A stretch of 64,000 bases of DNA, from positions 1-64,000 of the forward strand of contig JAGVGF010000006.1 of assembly GCA_020057295.1 (NCBI GenBank), written 5' to 3'. This stretch comes from an archaeon. GTDB taxonomy: Archaea; Nanobdellota; Nanobdellia; Woesearchaeales; UBA9642. The notes beneath the pieces were generated by a model that worked only from the letters and a program-made list of their open reading frames with translations, did not search any database and was not told where the DNA came from. Numbering within the stretch: the first letter of the stretch is position 1; each line of letters opens with the position of its first letter. Of this stretch, positions 39,278 through 48,976 are shown piece after piece. A program made the position numbers and the translations under genes.

Positions 39278-39796
39278 GTGTTTAAGAGATTAAAAAAGAA
39301 AGGCTACTACTTCGTTATTGATGCGCTAATAGGAGCCACAATTATTTTCTTGTCATTAATGATTATATTAAATAGTGGTTCAAGACCTACAAAGGTGCAG
39401 TATAATTATGAAATGGCTGAAGAATATACTTCATTTATTATTAATACTAAAATGGAAGATTTAAACAGCGAATTGGTTCTACAAATGATTAATGACGGAC
39501 GTATTAAAGATACAAGACATAGTATTATAGAACAAGTTGACGAATTTGATTATAAGTCGATGAGTTCCGATGCTACAGCATTGGTTCAGAACATTACAGA
39601 ACCATTAATACCACAAAAATACGGATTTTCATACACGTTAATTAAAGGTGTCACACGAACACTAATTTACAGCAGGGCTTCTCCTGATATAAATAATGCT
39701 AAAATAGTTATTGCATCAAAAAAGATTACATTTCTTCAAATTGATAGTAGCACAATGTTTGGACCTGCACTTGTGGAGATTAAAATATGGGCATAA
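39278..39796 (+). CDS. Minor pilin-like protein (class III signal peptide)
   Basis: KKKG|YYFVIDA followed by hydrophobic helix. Confidence 0.7.
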   Translation: MFKRLKKKGYYFVIDALIGATIIFLSLMIILNSGSRPTKVQYNYEMAEEYTSFIINTKMEDLNSELVLQMINDGRIKDTRHSIIEQVDEFDYKSMSSDATALVQNITEPLIPQKYGFSYTLIKGVTRTLIYSRASPDINNAKIVIASKKITFLQIDSSTMFGPALVEIKIWA

Positions 39797-40815
39797 TATT
39801 AAACAATAAAGGTAAAATGAAAAAAAAGGCAATATTGTTCTCTCTTATATCTGTATTGATGTCTATATTGTTTATAACATTATTTTCTCAAACATTTAGC
39901 ACAGTATTAGAAGATAGGATACCCGGAAGCAACATCAGAATAAAAGTTATTGATGTATACACAAGAAATTTTGAAAATTATGCTTCTGAAAGTATAAAGA
40001 TATCAACATACAGGGTGTTAGAATCTTTAACATCGCGTGGTTCTAGTCAAGGATTTTATACTGATCAAAATGATTTCAATAGAAAATTTTACAATTGCAT
40101 GACTTGTGGAACATTTGATTGTTCAGGGTCAGTATTACAACAATGTCCTATGGGCACTTCAGGTTATGATTTAAATTCTAGAATGAAAAATATTTCCGAC
40201 TTATCATTAGCACAATTAAATATTAAGACAGAATATAAGATACACAATGTAACAATAAGACAGGATTACCCTTTCGAGGTCGAAGTTACAATAAATATCT
40301 CATATAATATAACAGATAACAGCGGTAGCGGATATTATGCTAAATGGATAAAAAATAAAGTGATAACTCAAAGTGTATCCATAATAGGATTAACAGATCC
40401 TTTGGCTAATATTAGTAGTTATGGAAATGTGTCAAGAAAAATTACAAAATATAACGGTGTATGTGTTTTTAATGAAACTTGCTGGAATCTCGCTAACACA
40501 ATTACATTCTATAATAGTAATGATTATAGATACTATGTTGGAGGAGTAGGATTTTTACAGAGATATTGGAATGATCTCACACCATCATCATGTTGTGGAC
40601 TGGAACGTATAATGCATCCAACAGAATTCAAAATAGCATTCCCAGTTTACAGAAATAATAGTTATATAGACCATTATTATTGGAATGGCACAAATAATTG
40701 CTCTTTTGGAAAAATACTAAATTATACGTTCAATGGAGATAGTGTAAGTTTAGATGAAGAAACAGCTGCAAGGTATAAAATCAGTGCATATGGAACAGAG
40801 TTTTGTAAACCTTAA
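39787..40815 (+). CDS. Large minor pilin/adhesin-like protein
   Basis: KKKA|ILFS + hydrophobic helix; I.GL.DP, CGLE, SYIDH motifs. Confidence 0.65.
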   Translation: MGIILNNKGKMKKKAILFSLISVLMSILFITLFSQTFSTVLEDRIPGSNIRIKVIDVYTRNFENYASESIKISTYRVLESLTSRGSSQGFYTDQNDFNRKFYNCMTCGTFDCSGSVLQQCPMGTSGYDLNSRMKNISDLSLAQLNIKTEYKIHNVTIRQDYPFEVEVTINISYNITDNSGSGYYAKWIKNKVITQSVSIIGLTDPLANISSYGNVSRKITKYNGVCVFNETCWNLANTITFYNSNDYRYYVGGVGFLQRYWNDLTPSSCCGLERIMHPTEFKIAFPVYRNNSYIDHYYWNGTNNCSFGKILNYTFNGDSVSLDEETAARYKISAYGTEFCKP

Positions 40816-40892
40816 ATCAAGTACTACTATATAATAATCAACAAACTTTTTATAGGCTCCTGGAGAATGTTTTTAAGCATAATCATTGAAAA

Positions 40893-41348
40893 ATGGGTGA
40901 AGAGGTAGTTAGAACAGGGGTGGATGATCTCTTAGACTTGTTAGCGCGTAGTGCTAAGATTCCACTTACTGAAGCTGCAGCTAAGTTAAAGGTAGATGTA
41001 GGAGTAATCCAGGCATGGGTAGATTTCTTAGTTGAAGAAGGTATAGTAGGCATAGAATACAGATTTACTACACCTTACATATATCTCAATAAAGCTGTTA
41101 ATGCTAAAAAAGTCGAAGAACTAGATAAAGAAGAGAATTATAATATACAATTTTTTAAGAAAAAATTCTGGGAAAAGGCCAAATCTAATAACATACCTGA
41201 AAGTCAAATAGAAATGTTGTGGAAAAATCATATAGTTCAAGCATTAGATATTCAAAAGAAATATTTCTATTTTGAGTCACAACGTAGGAAATTACAGAAA
41301 GCAGATGAGTTATGGAAAGAATATAGGGAGTTAATACAATACACTTAA
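40893..41348 (+). CDS. wHTH-like protein in pilus locus
   Basis: TGVDDLL.LL...I...EAA..L.V....I..W...L.E.G. Confidence 0.7.
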   Translation: MGEEVVRTGVDDLLDLLARSAKIPLTEAAAKLKVDVGVIQAWVDFLVEEGIVGIEYRFTTPYIYLNKAVNAKKVEELDKEENYNIQFFKKKFWEKAKSNNIPESQIEMLWKNHIVQALDIQKKYFYFESQRRKLQKADELWKEYRELIQYT

Positions 41349-41349
41349 T

Positions 41350-43173
41350 ATGGAATTAGAACAATATTTGGAACGCGACATAATAACATTCTTAGATAGT
41401 AAAATGGATAAGGATGAAAAAAATGTAATTGATAGAGAGGAAGATTACGGATTATATTTAACAAGAGATTACCTTAAAGACATATCTTATGCATTAGATA
41501 ATGATGAATTAACTAAAGCAAAAAAATTATTCGATGAATTGAAAATAAACTATAGCAGACTTCCTAAAAATAGTGTAGAGCGTAAAAAGATTTATTCTAT
41601 ATTAGAAAAAATGTATGAAAAAATACAAAATTATGTTAAAATCAAGGAAGGAAAAATAGAAATTATAAGACAGGGCGATAGTGAAATATTTAAGGATAAA
41701 ACAGATAAATTTACAGAGCTAAATACCGGATCACCAACCGTTGAAGAGTCTAAACCAGAAGTATCCATGCCTGTAAAGCAACAACCAGACAATACAGTAA
41801 GACCTCAGAAACATAAAAATGTTGAAGAAGATAAAATATTCGTTACAAGTAAAGGCAAGATAATTAATTCTAAAAGTTCTACAACACCTATAGAATCTAA
41901 TATCACAGAAAGCAGTATAAAGAATTCAAAAAAGGATAATATAAAGTATTATGATGAAAAAACAGAATCTGAAAAAGAAGGCGATATTAGTAGCTTAAAT
42001 GTTTTTGTTAAAAGTAAATCGGAAACTCCTATTTTTAATCAATCTTCAAGTAATATCACAGAGAAAGAGAATAAACATTTAATGCGTAACGAATATAGAG
42101 AACATTCATTTAAGGAAATTCCTAGAACTCCAAGATATTCTGAGGAGAAATCTCTGGATTTAGAACATCTAAAAAACGACATAATAAATAAAACAGTTGA
42201 ACAGGTTGAAAAATTAAAGACACACATTACTGAAAAATTGTTAGATGAGATTAAGAAAAAATTAGAAGAAGAGAACAACATACAGAATCAGAAAATCGAG
42301 CAACTAAAACAAGAAATAGTCGCTCAAGCAATGAATGAGATACGTAAAAAAATTGATCAGGAGAAACGTTCAGAAACTCATAAAATTGATTTAATAAAAA
42401 ACGAGATACTTAGTGAAGTATTCGAAAAAGCACAGACAATGATTGCTATTAATGATAAACAACATAATGCTGATCCGAACAATCGTGTTGTTGTTGAACA
42501 TTATCGTATTGAAAGTCCTACATTAAATATACCCGCTCTTGATCGCAGCGATATCATAAGATTTACTAAACCATTAAAAGCTGAAGAGCATAATAAGAAA
42601 GAAAACACTAGCGATATTAAGAATAATTTGATAGATATCAACAAATATTCTGATAATCAATTACAGATAGTTTATGAACAGGCAGTATACCATATGTTTA
42701 ATGATAAGTATGAGGATGCTGCTAAACTTTTTAGAAAAATAATTAATTTACAACCAAATAATAAAGCTGCAAGAATTAGATTACAAGAATGTTTAGACAA
42801 GGAACCAGAGCTAATGAATAATACAGAAGTTGCTGATGATAAAATTATTCAGCCACTAATTAAGATACAGAAGACCGCACATCATAAGGATCCAGTAATT
42901 AAAGAGTATGATGTTGAAGATTTTAAAAGCGACATGACTGAACATGCACATAAAATGACGAAGAAAATCGAAGAAATTCATAAGAACAGGCTTAGACATA
43001 AATATTCTGATGAAGAAATACAAAAATTATATGAGGAAGCCATATATACAATGTTCCAAAATAATTATGGAGAAGCCAAGGAACTTTTTGAAAAATTATT
43101 AGAGATTAGGCCTGAAAATAGGGCTGCTAAGATTAGATTACAAGAATGTTTAGAGGCGATGAGTAATGCTTGA
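41350..43173 (+). CDS. TPR/coiled-coil protein
   Basis: Two related TPR-like units KYSD...YE.A.Y.MF...Y..A..LF.....P.N.AA.IRLQECL. Confidence 0.8.
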   Translation: MELEQYLERDIITFLDSKMDKDEKNVIDREEDYGLYLTRDYLKDISYALDNDELTKAKKLFDELKINYSRLPKNSVERKKIYSILEKMYEKIQNYVKIKEGKIEIIRQGDSEIFKDKTDKFTELNTGSPTVEESKPEVSMPVKQQPDNTVRPQKHKNVEEDKIFVTSKGKIINSKSSTTPIESNITESSIKNSKKDNIKYYDEKTESEKEGDISSLNVFVKSKSETPIFNQSSSNITEKENKHLMRNEYREHSFKEIPRTPRYSEEKSLDLEHLKNDIINKTVEQVEKLKTHITEKLLDEIKKKLEEENNIQNQKIEQLKQEIVAQAMNEIRKKIDQEKRSETHKIDLIKNEILSEVFEKAQTMIAINDKQHNADPNNRVVVEHYRIESPTLNIPALDRSDIIRFTKPLKAEEHNKKENTSDIKNNLIDINKYSDNQLQIVYEQAVYHMFNDKYEDAAKLFRKIINLQPNNKAARIRLQECLDKEPELMNNTEVADDKIIQPLIKIQKTAHHKDPVIKEYDVEDFKSDMTEHAHKMTKKIEEIHKNRLRHKYSDEEIQKLYEEAIYTMFQNNYGEAKELFEKLLEIRPENRAAKIRLQECLEAMSNA

Positions 43174-44659
43174 AACAAGTTATCCTACACAATTTGAAGA
43201 GACTAAAAAAGACAAGAAAGTAGAAACATACCTTGATAAGTATAAACTAAAGATTAACGATATACTTGTTGAAATTAATATAGTTCTTTATGAAGATGAG
43301 CCTACACCAAAGTATATGGTTTCATTAACTAATATAAGCGATGCTACTAAACTTATACTGGAAAAAATTAGACAAGAATTTATCTCTAGAGTAGATTCTA
43401 AACAGATTGAAAATGCAAATAATGCCAATGAAAGTAAAGATAAATTTCAATCGGAAATCACAACGCTTATTAAAAAATATTTTCCATCAGCCAACGAAGA
43501 AACAACTAACATGTTAGTAAATTATATTATACAAGAAAATCTTGGATTAGGAAAAATTGAAATATTATTGAAGGATATATTTTTAGAAGAAATTGTTGTT
43601 AATAATCATTCTGAAGCGCTATGGGTATATCATAAAAAACACGGATGGTTAATGACTAATATTAAATTAATAACTGAAGCTAAGATCAGACATTATGCTA
43701 CGATGATTGGTAGAGAAGTTGGTAAAGAAATTACTACATTAAGTCCATTAATGGATGCACACTTAAGTACAGGAGATAGGGTAAATTCTACACTATATCC
43801 TATCTCGAGTAAGGGTAACACAATTACAATAAGAAAGTTCTCCGCAGACCCTTGGACAATTACTAAATTCATTAAAGATAATACATTATCTGTCGAAGCT
43901 GCAGCATTTATATGGTTGGCTGTACAGAATGAATTATCAGTACTTGTTGCAGGAGGTACTGGTTCTGGTAAGACAAGTATGTTGAATGTTGTTGCAAATT
44001 TTTTCCCGCCTAATCAACGTATATTAAGTATTGAAGATACTCGAGAATTGACTCTGCCAAGTAATTTACATTGGGTTCCTATGGAGACAAGACTTCCTAA
44101 TCCTGAAGGTAAAGGAGAAATTACGATGCTTGACTTGCTTGTTAATAGTTTAAGAATGAGACCAGATAGAATATTAGTCGGAGAAATTAGAAGACAAAAG
44201 GAAGCGCAAGTAGTTTTAGAGGCAATGCACACCGGACATTCAGTATACGCAACTATTCACGCTAACAATGCTGATGAAGTTATTGTTAGATTAACTAATC
44301 CTCCTATTGATATTCCTAAACCAATGATTTCTTCACTTTCAATAATAATTGCACAGTCTAGGAACAGAAGAACTGGTAAGAGAAGAACATTACAAATCGC
44401 TGAAGTAACATCAACTGGTGATGCACGCATATTAATGCAACTAAATGTTGGTGAGGATAAATTAGAAAAAATGAGTGATTCCGAGGCAGTACTCGAGAGG
44501 CTAAAACTTTACACAGGTTTGAGTGCTGAAAATATCGCTAAAGATTTAGAGCAAAAAACTAGAATATTGAAATGGCTTGTCAAAAATAATATTGAAAACG
44601 TTGATAAGATTGGTGCAGTAATGTCAAGATATTATTTAGGAAACTTAAAAATAGATTAA
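43166..44659 (+). CDS. Type IV pilus assembly ATPase (CpaF/TadA/VirB11 family)
   Basis: GGTGSGKT, SIEDTREL, LRMRPDRILVGEIR, TGHS..TIHA. Confidence 0.95.
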   Translation: MLETSYPTQFEETKKDKKVETYLDKYKLKINDILVEINIVLYEDEPTPKYMVSLTNISDATKLILEKIRQEFISRVDSKQIENANNANESKDKFQSEITTLIKKYFPSANEETTNMLVNYIIQENLGLGKIEILLKDIFLEEIVVNNHSEALWVYHKKHGWLMTNIKLITEAKIRHYATMIGREVGKEITTLSPLMDAHLSTGDRVNSTLYPISSKGNTITIRKFSADPWTITKFIKDNTLSVEAAAFIWLAVQNELSVLVAGGTGSGKTSMLNVVANFFPPNQRILSIEDTRELTLPSNLHWVPMETRLPNPEGKGEITMLDLLVNSLRMRPDRILVGEIRRQKEAQVVLEAMHTGHSVYATIHANNADEVIVRLTNPPIDIPKPMISSLSIIIAQSRNRRTGKRRTLQIAEVTSTGDARILMQLNVGEDKLEKMSDSEAVLERLKLYTGLSAENIAKDLEQKTRILKWLVKNNIENVDKIGAVMSRYYLGNLKID

Positions 44660-44726
44660 ATTATAAGAAATTCACAATCAATAGTAATGTTAAATCATTA
44701 AAAAAAAATATTTTTTGAGGTGTTAG

Positions 44727-45536
44727 ATGGGGTTTGCGCAAAGTTTGGCATTACAGATGCCAGACTTGAAGGATAAAATAAGAAGCGCAGGTATACATAA
44801 GAAACCTGCGGAATTTGTTGACGAATCATTAAAAAATGCTTTCTTCATGTCAATAATGATTAGTGTTCTATCAATATTTTTAATACTACAAAATGAACTC
44901 TCCATATTGATGGTTTTTGTAGTATTTATAATAAGTTTTGCAATATTATTTTTTTTAATGCTTAAAAGATTAGACGTAGCTATCAGTAAAAGGGAAAAAG
45001 AGATTGACAAAGATGTTTTGTTTGCTGGAAGATTTTTACTTGTAAAATTGAACAGCGGCAAACCTTTAATTAACGCATTATTTGATGCATCCCAAAGTTA
45101 TGGCGTTGCAGGCAGTTATTTCCAAGAGATTGTTGAAGATATAAAAATGGGCACCCCATTAGAAGAAGCTTTAGAAAGAGCATATAAGACCACTCCTTCG
45201 AAAAGATTTAAAAAAATATTATTTCAGATTAATAATGCATTAAAAATTGGTGTAGATGTATCTCAACCACTAGAAGCAATATTACAAGAGATATCGGGTG
45301 AACAATTACTCGAAATTCAAAAATATGGTAAGAAATTAAATTCTGTAATAATGTTTTATTTATTGCTAGCAATTGTTGTACCATCACTAGGAATAACATT
45401 ATTTAGCATAGTCGCATCTATGATGTCGCTAAAACTTGATTTAATAGCATTTGTTGGAATATTGGCCGCATTAGTTATTGTGCAATTCATATTTATTGGA
45501 ATGATAAAAGGAATCAGACCTAATTTGAACATTTAA
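44727..45536 (+). CDS. T2SS-F/TadB-like platform protein
   Basis: TMs plus SG..L..AL...G..LEEAL...TPS. Confidence 0.88.
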   Translation: MGFAQSLALQMPDLKDKIRSAGIHKKPAEFVDESLKNAFFMSIMISVLSIFLILQNELSILMVFVVFIISFAILFFLMLKRLDVAISKREKEIDKDVLFAGRFLLVKLNSGKPLINALFDASQSYGVAGSYFQEIVEDIKMGTPLEEALERAYKTTPSKRFKKILFQINNALKIGVDVSQPLEAILQEISGEQLLEIQKYGKKLNSVIMFYLLLAIVVPSLGITLFSIVASMMSLKLDLIAFVGILAALVIVQFIFIGMIKGIRPNLNI

Positions 45537-45584
45537 TTAAACAATCATTAATAAAATTAAAAAATTTAGATATTGGAGACGTAA

Positions 45585-46625
45585 ATGGTTTTATTTGCTG
45601 AAGAGTTCGGAAAGGCATTCATATTCAAAAAGTTCAGACCTAAGATTAGAAGTTTCTTTCTAAAAGCAGGATATGAAGATGTACCTTACGAATTATTTGG
45701 AATATTATTCTATATATCATTAGTGCTAACATATTTTATCTACATATTAGCTATATATCCAAAAATCACAACACTTCCAGATAACGGCGGATTAACTTTG
45801 ATGTTGTTAACTTTTATAAGTTGGGTAATTGTTCAGATAATAATTCTATTTACTATTATTATGTATATGTATATTAGTCTGAATATTAAAGTATATTCAA
45901 GAACTAAAAATATAGAATACATTTTACCAGATTATTTGCAGATTGTGTCTTCAAATTTGAAAGGAGGACTATCTTTTGAGAAGGCGTTATGGTCTGCTAT
46001 CAAACCAGAATTCGGCGTTATAGCTAAAGAAATAACCATGGTCTCCAAGAAAGTAATGACAGGAAATGACTTGGTTGAAGCTTTAGAGGAATTTACTGAA
46101 AAATATGATTCACCGATTCTTAAAAGATCTTTTGATTTAATTATTGGAGAAGTCGAGAGCGGTGGTAAAATTGCAGAAATAGTTGATAGAGTTATTGATA
46201 ATATTAGAAAAACTAAAGCATTAAAAGAGGAAATGAACGCGGCAACTACTACTTACATGATATTTATCGGAGCTATAGTTATTGTTATCGCTCCAGGATT
46301 ATTCGCGCTATCATATTATTTATTGCATGTAATGATTGGTTTCAGTTCACAATTATCTTCGCTTAATAGTGCCAACATGCCTATCAGTTTTTCTTCTGAT
46401 AGTGTGAAACCTGAAGATTTTAAGACATTTGCCATAGCAGCCGTAATTATTACTTCATTTTTTTCATCATTAATAACTTCGCTTATAGAAAAAGGAGATT
46501 TTAAAGGAGGAATTAAATATATTCCAGTATTTATGGTTTCATCAGTATTATTCTACTTTATATTTTTAGCAATATTCGGATATTTTTTCGGAGGAATAAC
46601 TCCTACAGGAGCAGGATTAACTTAA
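45585..46625 (+). CDS. T2SS-F/TadC-like platform protein
   Basis: LPDYL...SN..GG.SFEKAL....PEFG; multiple TMs. Confidence 0.9.
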   Translation: MVLFAEEFGKAFIFKKFRPKIRSFFLKAGYEDVPYELFGILFYISLVLTYFIYILAIYPKITTLPDNGGLTLMLLTFISWVIVQIIILFTIIMYMYISLNIKVYSRTKNIEYILPDYLQIVSSNLKGGLSFEKALWSAIKPEFGVIAKEITMVSKKVMTGNDLVEALEEFTEKYDSPILKRSFDLIIGEVESGGKIAEIVDRVIDNIRKTKALKEEMNAATTTYMIFIGAIVIVIAPGLFALSYYLLHVMIGFSSQLSSLNSANMPISFSSDSVKPEDFKTFAIAAVIITSFFSSLITSLIEKGDFKGGIKYIPVFMVSSVLFYFIFLAIFGYFFGGITPTGAGLT

Positions 46626-46719
46626 AATATAATTGCATAACATTGTTAATATCAAATAATAAGAAATAATCAAATTATAAATGTAAAAATTTATAAAATA
46701 CTAAACCAAAGGTGTAATC

Positions 46720-47181
46720 ATGTATAATAAAAAAGGTCAAGCAGCCATTGAATTTCTAGTTACATACGGTTGGGCTATAATGGCGGCAATGATTGTTATT
46801 GCAGCATTAACATATTTTGGAGTTACAAACCCTGCTACATCTCTTCCTGATAAATGTATATTCTCTAACGGTTTTGATTGTAAAGATTTTAGATTAACAG
46901 CTAGTCAAGCACAGCTTCAATTAACTAATGGTTTGGGACAAACCATGTTTACACTTTCATCAAAAACTACAGAAAATGGAGTTGCATGCACAATAAATGG
47001 TGCAGCCAGTATAGGACAACTAGATCCTGAAGAGACTATGAGCGTGGTATGTAGTACTCTTCCAAATGCTCCTTTTAATGTTCGTGAAAAAGGGAAAGTC
47101 AAAGTTTCTATTAATTATTTAAAAACTGTAGGCGGATATAATCAAGTATCATTAGGAGAATTATATGCCATAGTGCAGTAG
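46720..47181 (+). CDS. Type IV pilin
   Basis: KKG|QAAIEFLVTYGWA class III signal. Confidence 0.9.
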   Translation: MYNKKGQAAIEFLVTYGWAIMAAMIVIAALTYFGVTNPATSLPDKCIFSNGFDCKDFRLTASQAQLQLTNGLGQTMFTLSSKTTENGVACTINGAASIGQLDPEETMSVVCSTLPNAPFNVREKGKVKVSINYLKTVGGYNQVSLGELYAIVQ

Positions 47182-47200
47182 AGATGAGTAAAAATTCAAA

Positions 47201-47647
47201 ATGATTAAATTAACTAAAGGTCAAGCAGCATTAGAATTTATGCTAACATACGGATGGGCATTACTTGTACTTGGGGCACTAATTGCTGGATTAGCATATT
47301 TTATGCCTCATCCTAAGTCATTATTACCAGATAAGTGCGTATTCGGTGCAATAACACCATGTTTAGGTGTACAATTAACAGATGCAGAACTAATAATGGT
47401 GTTAAGAAATAGTGCAGGTCAAACATTATACGATTTTAATGCTACAACCATAATGCCTAAAAATGTTAAATGTAATGTTATGGGATTATCACAAGCAGAT
47501 ATACCTGTAGATCAAAGATTTAATATCACATGCAATAATGCTATCTTAGGTTTTAAAGATGATACTAGAGTTAGGATATTAATAACATACAAAAAAATTA
47601 GGGGCGGATTAGACCAAACAGAGATAGGTGAAGTATATGCGAAATAG
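47201..47647 (+). CDS. Type IV pilin
   Basis: KG|QAALEFMLTYGWA. Confidence 0.9.
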   Translation: MIKLTKGQAALEFMLTYGWALLVLGALIAGLAYFMPHPKSLLPDKCVFGAITPCLGVQLTDAELIMVLRNSAGQTLYDFNATTIMPKNVKCNVMGLSQADIPVDQRFNITCNNAILGFKDDTRVRILITYKKIRGGLDQTEIGEVYAK

Positions 47648-48131
47648 GGGTCAAGCAGCAATAGAATTTCTAGTTACATACGGTTGGGCTATATTAGGAG
47701 TTTTGATAGTTATAAGTATGCTTGGATATTTTGGAATATTTAATACTCAAAGATATGTCAATGATGTATGCTATTTTGGTGATCAAATGACGTGTGAAGA
47801 TTATATATTATATAATGATTCATGGACTAATGTTACTCTAAGAAATAATTTTGGTGTAGCAGTAAGCATTAATGGAGTAACAGCAAAATCTGATTATGGG
47901 ACAGTGAGTTGTTTAAGTTCAATTCCAACTACAGGAAACGCTATTCCAAGAACCAACATACCTCCAAGTAATACTTTTGAATTAAGCTGTAAAATATATG
48001 ATATTGCAGGTGCAAGATTACCAATAAATAATAAAATAAGGTATAGAATGATTGTGGAATTTAATAGAACTGGATCAAATAATGCTCATAATCAAACAGG
48101 AGATTTAACAGTAACCGTACAGAAAAAATAA
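47637..48131 (+). CDS. Type IV pilin
   Basis: RG|QAAIEFLVTYGWA; start placed at MRNR behind GGTGA. Confidence 0.9.
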   Translation: MRNRGQAAIEFLVTYGWAILGVLIVISMLGYFGIFNTQRYVNDVCYFGDQMTCEDYILYNDSWTNVTLRNNFGVAVSINGVTAKSDYGTVSCLSSIPTTGNAIPRTNIPPSNTFELSCKIYDIAGARLPINNKIRYRMIVEFNRTGSNNAHNQTGDLTVTVQKK

Positions 48132-48297
48132 TACCATAATATACGCAGAGACATTTATCTTTCACAAATCAAAATATTTATAAACAATTAACGATTACCT
48201 TGATTAACGAAATCGTTCTAAGATTTAATGATCAAGAAGTAATTGGAAAGCAAAGGCGATAAACATTGTTAAAATGTTGAAAAGTAAAGGTGATTAC

Positions 48298-48921
48298 ATG
48301 GAACAGATTAAGACAGGAACAACTACACTAGGTCTAGTATGTAAGGATGCTGTAATACTTGGTGCAGATAATCGTATTACTGCAGGAAGTTTTATTGCAG
48401 GTAAAGATTTTGATAAAGTTATACAAATCAATGAAAATATTGCTGTAACTGTTGCTGGTTCTGTGAGTGATATTCAGATGTTTGTTAAAATGTTTAGAGC
48501 AGAATTAAAATTAAAGAGTATGAAGACTAATAGAACTATAAACGTTAAAGAAGCAGCAAATTTTGCTGCAAGAATAAGCTATGAAAATGCTAGATCATAT
48601 TTTCCAAGCATCGCGCATTTACTAATTGGAGGATATGATAATACGGGTCCAAGAGTTTATGAAGTTCATATGGATGGATGTATACTAGATATTAAAGAGT
48701 ATGTAAGTACTGGTTCTGGTAGTATAATTGTTTATGGAGTATTAGAAAATTCTTATAAAGAAAATATGAGTGTTAAAGATGCTGAAGATTTAGCTGTTAA
48801 AGCTATAGGAGCTGCAATGCAGAGAGATTCAGGTTCAGGTAATGGTCTTATTGTAATGACAATAACTAAAGGAAGTATTAAAAAAACTGTGCAGAAAAAG
48901 GTTTCTGGAAATCTTGTATAA
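48298..48921 (+). CDS. psmB: Proteasome subunit beta
   Basis: KTG|TTT propeptide junction, GADNR, GSGS, RDSGSG; start at MEQIK behind GGTGA. Confidence 0.96.
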   Translation: MEQIKTGTTTLGLVCKDAVILGADNRITAGSFIAGKDFDKVIQINENIAVTVAGSVSDIQMFVKMFRAELKLKSMKTNRTINVKEAANFAARISYENARSYFPSIAHLLIGGYDNTGPRVYEVHMDGCILDIKEYVSTGSGSIIVYGVLENSYKENMSVKDAEDLAVKAIGAAMQRDSGSGNGLIVMTITKGSIKKTVQKKVSGNLV

Positions 48922-48976
48922 ACATTTTAAGTTATACAATTAAATAAATATAGTGATAGAATTATAGGTGATATAA

